Origin: a virus
Lineage: Duplodnaviria; Caudoviricetes
Reading direction: 5' to 3' (one strand)
IMG/VR virus record: IMGVR_UViG_3300025934_000014
Coordinates: 1-64,000 of that record
DNA: 64,000 nucleotides
Every line of letters begins with the position of its first letter. The stretch's first letter is position 1. A program made the position numbers and the translations under genes. The notes beneath the pieces are model-generated. The model had not been told where the DNA came from. It saw only the letters and a program-made list of their open reading frames with translations, and did not search any database. Shown here in pieces: positions 9,173 to 17,769 of this stretch.

Positions 9173-11599
9173 ATGTCTGACGATGCGCACCTCGCTCGCG
9201 TGGAAGAACTGCTTCGCGCCTACGACCTCTGGGACGATACCGACAACCTGAAGCACGCGCTGGAGGACTGGGAGCGGTGGGGCACGGCGATCCGGGCCAT
9301 CAAGATCGTCCCGGCCGCGCCGGAGGGCTACGACGGCCCGATCAATCCGGGCGATCACTTCATCTGGGAGCCGGACAAGCCGAGTGCGTGGTGCCACATC
9401 GAGGTCATGCGCGTGGAGGATCGAGGAACCACGGATCGCGTCGTCTGGACGCGCGTCGTGCAGAGCAATCGGTTCAACCCCGAAGGTCAAGAGACGTGGA
9501 ACGACGAGAGCCGCTTCCGCGAAGCGTGCCGTCCATGTGACGCACGCGGCGTCTTGCTGTCGGTGACGTTACCGCTCGACCAGATGCCGGTCAATTCGTA
9601 AGGAGGCGATGATGGCGACGACTGCGGTTCCTGACGATCTGGCCCTTGTGGCCCTCTCCCCGGCCGACCTCGCCCCGACGCAAGCCGCCCTCGGCGGTTG
9701 GTGCGTCGAGAAGGTCGCCGCCCTACAACGCGAGCAGACGGACTTGGAGGAGCATCTCCTGATCGCCACGGCGAACGGCTGGAAGCTGGCCGGGCTGAAC
9801 TCGGCGCTGAACCGGGTCGCGAGGCGCATTACGTACTACGAAAAGATCAAGGTCGCCGTCGAGGCTGGCTATCTCGTGGTGCCGAACTTCCCGGTGACGA
9901 CGCTGGCCGTGCGCGTCCAGCGCGAGAAGCCGCCGCACGAAACGCGCGACTACAAGTACAGCCACTTCGGCGCGAAGGCCCAACTGCTTCCGGCTGGCGA
10001 AGGCCGCTACGTGGACGACACGCTGATCCACCGGGACGAGAGCTTCACCGTCGAGAAGGACGGCAAGAAGGAACACAAGACGCTGCTGGTGTCGGACTCG
10101 TACGACGAGCCGGACTTCCCGTTCACGCTGGTGAAGCCTGCGGTGCTCGACGCGACCCAGCGTGCGATGGCGCTCAAGGTGTTCGATGAGATCGGCAGCG
10201 TGACGCATCGGTCGGGCGACCCGATCATGGTGGGGCGCATCCTCGACCCGCGAGGGACGGGGCGGTGCATTACGTTCTTCATCGCGTGGTGGCTGAACAC
10301 GGCGGTGCTGTGATGGCGTGGACGTATCGGGTCGTGCGACAGGTGCAGCAGGGCGAGGTGTCGTACGGCATTCACGAGGCGTACGATGACGGCGACATCG
10401 CGCAGCCGCACTCGATTACGACCGAGGCCGTGGCCGTCGTCGGAAACACGCCCGAGGAACTGGGGCCGACGCTGGATCGGATGAAGGCCGCGCTCGCCAA
10501 GCCCGTGCTGGAGTTCGACGCGTTCGGGCCGGAGGCACGTGTTGGAAAGCTCTGACGTGACGAGATGCCCCGCCACATGCCCCGGTGGACGCAGAGGGGC
10601 GGTGTCCGACTGGTCGCGCGTGCGGGTTGCATCCGGTCACGTGCCAGCCGTAGCCCGAAGGGGAGATTACGATGGCCGACGCTGACGTACTGAAGCGGCG
10701 CGTGGATCGCTTGGAAGCCGCGCTCGCGAAGGCCGAGGAAGACGTGGCCGATCTGCGCCGCGAACTGGCCGAGGGCCGTCGTGAACTAGGACTTCCCGAC
10801 GGCATCCACCGGGTGTTGCGTGCGCAGGCGGAGGCCGGTGATCTCGCGCCGGGCCTCGGCCACAAGCCGTTCTGAGAGGAGCCAGTGATGCCCGTTCCCG
10901 AGTCGCAGTTGGTGCAGTGGATGATCGAGAGCAACGACGAAGGCCAGTGGGCGCTGTTCTTCCGTGTGGCTGGAGTGACGCGTCAGGTGTCTGGCTGGCA
11001 CCCGACACCCGAGAACCTGCTCGACGCGATGCGCGACAAGTTCACGGCCCAGTAATGCCTGACGACGCGCCGTGTGCGACCGGGCACACGTGGACCCACG
11101 AGTACGGTGAGGACTACAAACCCGATGTCGGCACGCCGTGCGACTGCGGTCAGAAGCGATGGGGCATCCCGCTCGTTGTCGCGCGTGAGCACGAGTGGCA
11201 GTGGTACATGAACGGGACGTTCTGTTCGCGGTGCGGCGCACAACTCGGTGATGGGAGAACGTGTCGATGACGATCTTTGAGCATCCACTGTGGCCGACAC
11301 TCCTCCCATACCTCTACATCGCGCAGGGCCAGATCGGCCTCAATGGGGCGCGTCATCGCATCGAGGTGCGCAAAACCTGTCCGGTGTCCGTCTTCGACAT
11401 CGTCGTGAGTTGTGCGCAGTGCGGTGCGGACATTCATCCGGTGCGGGAGACGGAGCGCAAGGTCTGGACCTTCAATGTCAGTTGTCCGCTGAACGTGCGG
11501 TACAGGTGTGCGCGGAAACCGAACGCCCACCACATGGCCGATGCGGTTCGGGCGGCGATGGAGCATGCGCCGCATTCGTTGCCGCTGTTCGATGCGTGA
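9173..11599 (+). CDS. Run of hypothetical genes (9173-9601, 9609-10313, 10313-10555, 10672-10875, 10888-11055, 11055-11270, 11267-11599)
   Basis: RBSs and coupled stops/starts. 10313 has WTYRVV...YGIHEAY, a phage family motif; several are Cys-rich. Confidence 0.65.
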
Positions 11600-11800
11600 C
11601 CCTCGCGCGGAGCACTGGCTGGGATTCTTTGTTATCCTCGGCCTCTCCATGTTCGCCACCGGCTTCCTCGTCTGGCTGCTCTTTCAGTTCGCGTGACGCA
11701 GCGCCAGTCGGAACTCTGGCTCCTGTGCGCCGCAGCGGCGTTCCTCCTCCTCGTGATCTGGACGGTCCTCTGGGTCATGGCTCCGTGGAAGTGACCTGAG

Positions 11801-12022
11801 ATGCCTATCTGGGAATACCTCTGCCTCGCCGGTCATCGGCACGAAGTGATTGACCTCTCGCGCCAGTCCGACACGACGCGTCCCTGTCCCACGTGCGGCG
11901 GTCCCGCCCAGCGCCAAGCCAGTGCGGCGGCGTTCGCGTTCGCGGAGACGGGCGCGAAAGAATCGAAGGTGAGTCAGGCGATTCGCCGCGTGAAGAAGGC
12001 CGAGCGCGAGGGACGCGTGTAA
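11801..12022 (+). CDS. FmdB-family zinc-ribbon protein
   Basis: MPIWEYLCLAGHRHEV...CPTCGG..QR. Confidence 0.75.
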   Translation: MPIWEYLCLAGHRHEVIDLSRQSDTTRPCPTCGGPAQRQASAAAFAFAETGAKESKVSQAIRRVKKAEREGRV

Positions 12023-12180
12023 ATTCCGTCACAATTCCAACGGCTGGACACGGGCTGTGCTTTCTGCTACAGCGCGGTCGCATGGTGCATTTATACTAGC
12101 CATGCACTGGGAGGCCACCACGGTGGTGGCGCATTTGCAACCTCACTGTTTGGTGTGACTGGAGACGATGGAGCACGGCC

Positions 12181-12674
12181 ATGATCCGGCGATTCGTGCG
12201 ACTCGTGCGCCGCTTGCCGCGAGCGGGGGATCTGCGCCTGTATGTCCCGCCCGACCGGCCCTGCCTCCTGCCCGGTGAACGGCTGATTGCCGATCTCCCC
12301 GAGGCGGGTCTGCCTCGTCACGCCTCATGGATTGTCGAACCCGTCCCCGGCCGTGCCGCCGCCGTCGAGCGCCAGTACTGGCACCTCGTCGGCCGCTGGG
12401 TCTGGGCGGCGCAGCATGTCGCGGGACGGTGCGAGTGTGTCATCTCGGCCTCCCATGTGGAGCCGATGATGCAGCGTCGAGCCTGATGGCGAAGATACCC
12501 AGCGTGACCGTGGCGCAACTGCAACAGGTGAAGCACGGCCCGGACGAGGGCATCCCGGTGCCCTTCCGGGCGGTGTGCGACGTGAACCTGACGGACCCGA
12601 AGGCGTCCATCCCGGTGGAGGTTGAGTCGGAGCCGGAGCCGTCCCCGCAGGATCCGAACCCCGTGAATCCCTGA
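12181..12674 (+). CDS. Two hypothetical genes (12181-12486, 12486-12674)
   Basis: Coupled by TGATG; plausible codon usage. Confidence 0.5.
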
Positions 12675-12735
12675 CCTCCGTTAGCGGAGGGTGTTATCGT
12701 ACGACCCTTTGACATCTGCCTTTGAAGGAGGCGAT

Positions 12736-13410
12736 ATGACAGTGGACTTGTTGCCCGGTGAAACGGGCTTAGACCTGAAGCGCGATCCCTACTTCGGGAT
12801 GGTGGATGTCGGCGCGGGTGGCCCGGTGAAGCCGAAGGCCGAGTCACCGCGAGCGATGGCGTTCCGCGAACAGCGCGACGTGAACAGCGGACGCAAGCTC
12901 CTCGACGGCGACGAGCAGAACCGCGTCGAGGTGCTGACGGGCAAGCGCCTCCAGCAGCGACCCGCCCCCGAGCGCGGCGATCTGCCGCCGGTCGATCTGC
13001 CTGCGCCCACGCTCACCTCGCTGGAGCCGAGCACGGCGGTGCTGGGCAGTCCGGACTTCGACATCCACGTGAAGGGCACCGGCTTTGTCGAGGGCAGCGT
13101 CATCAACTTCGCTGGCTACGATGAGCCGACCACGCTGGTCAGCCCGGAGGAAGTCACGACGGGCGTGAACATGGCGGTGTGGCTGGGTCCGGACGCGGCG
13201 ATCCCGGTGCTCGTGCGCAACCCTGACGATCAGGAAACCGCGCCGATGAACTTCGCGTTCACGGCGGCGGAGGGCGGGGCGCAGTCGGCGCAGAGCGGCG
13301 CGGGTCAGACCTCGCACGAGGGCACGGGCACGGTTGCCAGCGGCGCGATGCTGGGCGGCAAGTCGGCCCCGGCGGCGCAGCAGGGCAAGCCGGTCGAAGC
13401 GAAGAAGTAA
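12736..13410 (+). CDS. IPT/TIG (Ig-like) domain protein
   Basis: PAPTLTSLEPSTAVLG...IHVKGTGFVEGSVINF...TTLVSPEEVT...VLVRNPD; RBS AGGAGG. Confidence 0.7.
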   Translation: MTVDLLPGETGLDLKRDPYFGMVDVGAGGPVKPKAESPRAMAFREQRDVNSGRKLLDGDEQNRVEVLTGKRLQQRPAPERGDLPPVDLPAPTLTSLEPSTAVLGSPDFDIHVKGTGFVEGSVINFAGYDEPTTLVSPEEVTTGVNMAVWLGPDAAIPVLVRNPDDQETAPMNFAFTAAEGGAQSAQSGAGQTSHEGTGTVASGAMLGGKSAPAAQQGKPVEAKK

Positions 13411-13430
13411 GACCGAGCGCGGGGCGGGGG

Positions 13431-13649
13431 CTAGTGCGCTCCCGTCCCGCCTTCGTCGTTCAGTTCGGCGTCCTCGTCGTCCGGTGGGCACTCGACGTGC
13501 GCCACCGTGGTCAGGTCGCGAAAGCCCTCGCCGTCGTAGTCGCCATCCTCGTTGACGACGACCAGTTCCTCCGCGCTCACCTCGCCCTCGCACTTCGTGC
13601 AGAAGGTTCCCGCGTAGCGCCAGCCAGCCAGTTGCGTATCGTTCGCCAT
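13431..13649 (-). CDS. Small acidic Zn-binding protein
   Basis: CTKC...HVEC; part of a minus-strand operon. Confidence 0.6.
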   Translation of the reverse strand: MANDTQLAGWRYAGTFCTKCEGEVSAEELVVVNEDGDYDGEGFRDLTTVAHVECPPDDEDAELNDEGGTGAH

Positions 13650-13655
13650 GTCCTG

Positions 13656-14177
13656 TTAGACGCTGATGACAGTGTCAATGTTCCCGAGGTAGGCGCAGTA
13701 GGCGTCGAGCGTCTCGATGCCCGGCACGTGCTCGACGCGGGTGCGCCCGGCCGGGTCGATGAGGACGAGCGGCAGCTTGCAGCGCCGGGCGTAGCGGATG
13801 GTCGCCCACGTCCCGGAGCGCACGCGTTCGCGAGCGCCGTCGGGCGTCGTCAGCAGCACGCTCGACGCGTGGACGATGTCGCGGTTGCGGTCGAGGAAGA
13901 ACTTGACCGGCATCACCTCGTCGCACGTGACGGCGGCGCGACGGTAGACGGTGCCGGTGTTGGTCACGCCGGGCCAGCCGACCAGCCTGAAGCCGAGATA
14001 CCGGGCCAGCCCGTGGAACACTTCGTCGGCCCCGATGCACATCCCGTGGTTGGCGGTGGACGCGCCGACGCCACGCAGACTGGTCAGCGCCTGCGTGACG
14101 CGGACAGCCTGCGCGGCGGTCATGCCGGACGAGGGGCCGGTGAAGCCCACGTGCTGCACCGGCCCATTGTGACGCAT
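13656..14177 (-). CDS. SLOG/DprA-like Rossmannoid nucleotide-binding protein
   Basis: VGFTG...HGMCIGADE...RNRDIV...SGTWATIRYARR. Confidence 0.75.
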   Translation of the reverse strand: MRHNGPVQHVGFTGPSSGMTAAQAVRVTQALTSLRGVGASTANHGMCIGADEVFHGLARYLGFRLVGWPGVTNTGTVYRRAAVTCDEVMPVKFFLDRNRDIVHASSVLLTTPDGARERVRSGTWATIRYARRCKLPLVLIDPAGRTRVEHVPGIETLDAYCAYLGNIDTVISV

Positions 14178-14182
14178 CCGCC

Positions 14183-14991
14183 TTAGCCCTTGCGCGAGCG
14201 GCGAGCCTTGCGGCGGCGCGGCGTCTTGCGTGCCTTGCGCAGGGCGTCCGGGTTGCCGAGGACATCGCCGCGAGCGATGCGGGTCGCCACGGCCTGCTGC
14301 GCCCCGCGCTTGCGGTTCACCGTCGTCGCGCGGTCACGCTGGCGCGAGATGGCGGCGGTCACGGCCGGGGGCAGCACGAGGCGAATGCCGCCGGTGCCGT
14401 CGATGCGCTGGAGCAGGACCGTCTCGTCGCCGTCGTGGCGGAACGTGTCCACGACCCACGTCTCGGAGTTGCCGTAGAGGTCCGTCAGGTCCACCTTGCT
14501 GGACGAGCGCACCGCGCCGGGGTTGCGGGTCAGGTCGCGCAGCGCGGTCGAGAACGCGTCACGCGGGAGGTACTGTTCGGGAATCGGTTCGGTTGCCATC
14601 GTCGTCGTCGTCTCCTTCGTTGTTGCCGTTAGTTGCCGTCGGGGTCGCAGGCGCGGCACGCCCGGTGGTAGCCGTGCTCGCAGGCGTCGGTGGTGCGGAC
14701 GGGCAGGGACCACACCACGGTGGTCCCCCGGCACACGACCGTCCAGCCGTTCTGTCGCAGCGTCAGCATGACCTCGCGACGGGCCGTGCGGCTGACGCGT
14801 GCCTCTCCCGGCTCCGTCACGTCCTGCGCCCACTGCGCCCACTGAACCTCCGCGATGGCGTCCTCGCACACCGGGCAGTCGGCCCCGTAGTGGACGCGGT
14901 GGAGTTGGCAGTAGGAGCCGAACGCCTCCTGCCGGTAGTCGTAGCGTGCGCTGATCTCGTAGTCGCGGTCTTCCTGCCACTGTGCGGTCAT
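14183..14991 (-). CDS. Two hypothetical genes (14183-14599, 14629-14991)
   Basis: Both have an RBS plus GAC-repeat leader on the minus strand and lie downstream of the promoter at 15035-15063. Confidence 0.65.
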
Positions 14992-15034
14992 CGTCGTCTC
15001 CGTCATCGTCACCGTCGAACTAGCTTACACCAGA

Positions 15035-15063
15035 TTAGACTGGATTGATACAGGCAATGTTCC
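15035..15063 (-). promoter_or_regulatory. ECF-sigma-like promoter P1 (GGAAC-N18-GTCTAA), leftward
   Basis: Minus strand reads GGAACATTGCCTGTATCAATCCAGTCTAA in the AT-rich divergent intergenic region. Confidence 0.65.
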
Positions 15064-15167
15064 ATCTTTCTCGTTCGACTCCGGTTGCGGCCGCATTTGA
15101 ACGGCACGTAAACCATTGATTCTAAAGGAGTTCTTGCCTCGGCCAGAGGAACAATAAAAATATCATT

Positions 15168-15195
15168 GGAACCTTTTCCGCGTCCCTACGTCTAA
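15168..15195 (+). promoter_or_regulatory. ECF-sigma-like promoter P2 (GGAAC-N17-GTCTAA), rightward
   Basis: GGAACCTTTTCCGCGTCCCTACGTCTAA. Confidence 0.6.
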
Positions 15196-15338
15196 CTCTA
15201 TGAACGACGACGGCGCGGGTGGCGGCAAGCCACCGGGAGCGAGGCGGCTGGACCTGAGCGGACCAGCCAACGGCACGAGCGGCACAGCGACCGCTCGACA
15301 CGAACGGGGGCGGGGGATGGTCCCCCGCCGCCAGCGCG

Positions 15339-16283
15339 GTGGAGACGACGACGGTGGCGACGACGGCGACGACGACGGTGGACCTGACCAGCTACGACGT
15401 GATTCTCGTGAACTCCTCGGGCGGCAAGGACTCACAGGCGATGCTCGACTACGTGGCGGAGCAGGCGACCGCGCAGGGCGTGCGCGACCGTCTCGTGGTC
15501 GTCCACTGCGACCTCGGGCGCGTCGAGTGGAAGGGCGTCAAGGCGCTCGCCGCCGAACAGGCCGCGCACTACGGCGTCCGCTTTGAAGTCGTGACGCGCA
15601 CGATTGGCGACCTCCTCTCGCAGGTCGAGTTCGAGCGCAAGCTGTGGCCCTCGTCCGACGCGCGGTTCTGCACCTCGGACCACAAGCGGTCGCAGGTGTA
15701 CAAGCTCCTGACGGCGCTCGTGAAGGAGCAGGGCGTGTCGCGCCCGGTGCGCATCCTGAACTGCCTCGGGCTGCGTGCGCAGGAATCGCCAGCGCGTGAG
15801 AAGTGCCGCGTGTGCAAGGGCAAGAGCCTCACCGACAAGCGCAAGGGCAAGAAGGCCGCGCCGAAGGTCACGAAGGAAACCTGCACGCTCTGCTCGGGCA
15901 CCGGGCTGCGACTGGAACTGGAAGCCGACGCGCAGGCGTCGAACGGTAAGCGCACGGTGGACACGTGGCTCCCGATTCACAAGTGGACGGAGACGGAAGT
16001 CTGGGCACGCATCAAGGCGTCGGGCGTCCGCCATCACGAAGCGTATGACCTCGGGATGCCGCGCCTCTCGTGCGCGTTCTGCATCTTCGCGCCGAAGGAG
16101 GCGCTGGTGCTCGCCGGGATCCACAACCCCGAACTGCTCGCGGAGTACGTGCGCGTCGAGGAGAAGATCGGGCACACGTTCAAGCACGGGCTGTCGCTCA
16201 AGCAAGTCCAGATCGAAGCGCAGACCCGGACGCTGCTCCCCATCGCGAACCAGCCGGTGGCGGTCGCGAACTGGTGCATGTAA
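15339..16283 (+). CDS. PAPS-reductase-family (PP-loop) protein with a Zn-finger insertion
   Basis: VILVNSSGGKDSQAML, RFCTSDHKR, LGLRAQESPAR, LPIHKWTETEVW, PRLSCAFCIFA; inserted CRVCKG...CTLCSGTG. Confidence 0.88.
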   Translation: METTTVATTATTTVDLTSYDVILVNSSGGKDSQAMLDYVAEQATAQGVRDRLVVVHCDLGRVEWKGVKALAAEQAAHYGVRFEVVTRTIGDLLSQVEFERKLWPSSDARFCTSDHKRSQVYKLLTALVKEQGVSRPVRILNCLGLRAQESPAREKCRVCKGKSLTDKRKGKKAAPKVTKETCTLCSGTGLRLELEADAQASNGKRTVDTWLPIHKWTETEVWARIKASGVRHHEAYDLGMPRLSCAFCIFAPKEALVLAGIHNPELLAEYVRVEEKIGHTFKHGLSLKQVQIEAQTRTLLPIANQPVAVANWCM

Positions 16284-16289
16284 GATAGT

Positions 16290-16319
16290 GGAACATTGGC
16301 AGTAGCAATCGCGTATACT
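16290..16319 (+). promoter_or_regulatory. Promoter P3 (GGAAC-N18-GTATAC, overlapping TATACT)
   Basis: GGAACATTGGCAGTAGCAATCGCGTATACT, intergenic, with the same ATTG-N7-CAAT core as P1 and P4. Confidence 0.6.
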
Positions 16320-16340
16320 ATGGGTATGGAGACGACGACG

Positions 16341-17217
16341 ATGACGACGACGCTGACGGCCACCGAGTTTCAGATTGCCCTCGACACCTTCCTCGCGACG
16401 ACGCAGGCGCGGCTCGACCGCGAGTACGCGCAGAACTACGGCGACTACCCGGCCGCGCCGACGCTGACGGTGGACCCCGGCGTCAAGAACGTCCGGATCG
16501 TCGCCAACGGCCCCGGCCCCCACCGGTCGGTGTTCTGCTTCATCCGCAAGGCGGACGGCGCGGTGCTGAAGGCCGCAGGGTGGAAGGCACCCGCGAAGCA
16601 CGTGCGCGGCTCCATCCTCGTCAACGCCGGGCAGGACGCCATCGGCACCTACGGGGCCAACTATCTCCGGTAAACCGGCGGGGGCTTCGGCCCCTGCCTC
16701 TCACGAGGCGACGACGATGGCACGCAAGTACGAGTTTCGGGGCGCACGCAAGGCACGCGAACGGCAGTATCGCGGCATCTTCGCGACGGTCGAAGGCAAG
16801 TGGGTGGGCCTCGACTTCTATGGCGAGAACCTGACGTTCGCCCGGATGCACGCGGAACAGGTCGCCAACGACGCGGCGATGCACGTCGAACTGGGGCCGC
16901 TCACGCTGGTGCGCGTGATGCCGGTGGACGACGACGAGTTCAAGGCCGGACAGGCCGGGTCGTGGTTCCCGGTCAACTAGGAGGCGACGATGACAACCGC
17001 ACAACTGGCGCTCCTTCGCAGTGCTGCCCAGACCGCCGACGGGACGGTGCTCGTGGCCGGGTTCAACAAGGGCACCCACGCGACGGTGACGGCGAAGGCG
17101 CTCGCGAAGCGCGGCCTCGTGGTGCTGCACAAGCACGGACGCGGCTACGACGTGTATCGGCTTACGCCGGACGGGCGAGTCGCCGCACGGAACATTGCGA
17201 CTACCAATCCCGTCTAA
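16341..17217 (+). CDS. Three early-type hypothetical genes (16341-16673, 16717-16980, 16990-17217)
   Basis: 16341 has SVFCFIRKADGAVLKAAGWKAPAKHVRGSI, a widespread phage family. GAC-repeat RBSs. UUCG hairpin at ~16677-16698. Confidence 0.75.
17189..17217 (+). promoter_or_regulatory. ECF-sigma-like promoter P4 (GGAAC-N18-GTCTAA)
   Basis: GGAACATTGCGACTACCAATCCCGTCTAA. Confidence 0.65.
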
Positions 17218-17389
17218 CCAGTTATGCGATGACGACGAGGGCCGGTGAGTAGGGGACGGGCGACAGGTACCGTGGCTCCCCCGAAGCGGCGAAACGAGCG
17301 CGGACCCGACGGGTGGCAGAATCCCTACGCCGGGAGGGGCCACCCCGGAGAAAAGCCCGGCACTCTTTTTCACCTTCAAGGAGACGACG

Positions 17390-17713
17390 ATGACGACGAC
17401 CCCTAACCTGATCGCCCAGACCATCCTCGCGCAACTCGGCGGACACAAGTTCACGGTCATGACGGGCGCGAAGTCTCTGTCCAGTCACCCCGAAGGGGCG
17501 CTGTCGTTCCGCATCCCCGGCGGCGGCGGGTTCGCGAAGTCGGGCATCAATTACGTCAAGGTCACGCTGACGCCCCGCGACACCTACACCGTGGAGTTCT
17601 CGCGCATTCGGGCGCGACAGGTGACGCGTGTGGCGCAGGCCGAGGACATCTACGCCGACCAGTTGCGCGACGTGTTCACGCGGGAGACGGGCCTGCGCAC
17701 GTCCCTCTTTTGA
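17390..17713 (+). CDS. Conserved phage hypothetical protein
   Basis: IAQTILAQLGGHKFTVMTGAK...DTYTVEF...IYADQLRDVFTRETGLRTSL. Confidence 0.8.
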   Translation: MTTTPNLIAQTILAQLGGHKFTVMTGAKSLSSHPEGALSFRIPGGGGFAKSGINYVKVTLTPRDTYTVEFSRIRARQVTRVAQAEDIYADQLRDVFTRETGLRTSLF

Positions 17714-17721
17714 AACCGGGA

Positions 17722-17750
17722 TTGCCCCGGCCTTGGACCCGTGGTAGTAT
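17722..17750 (+). promoter_or_regulatory. Sigma70-like promoter TTGCCC-N17-TAGTAT
   Basis: Intergenic, 17-nt spacer, upstream of the ATG at 17770. Confidence 0.45.
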
Positions 17751-17769
17751 CAATCAGGTGGTGACGACG

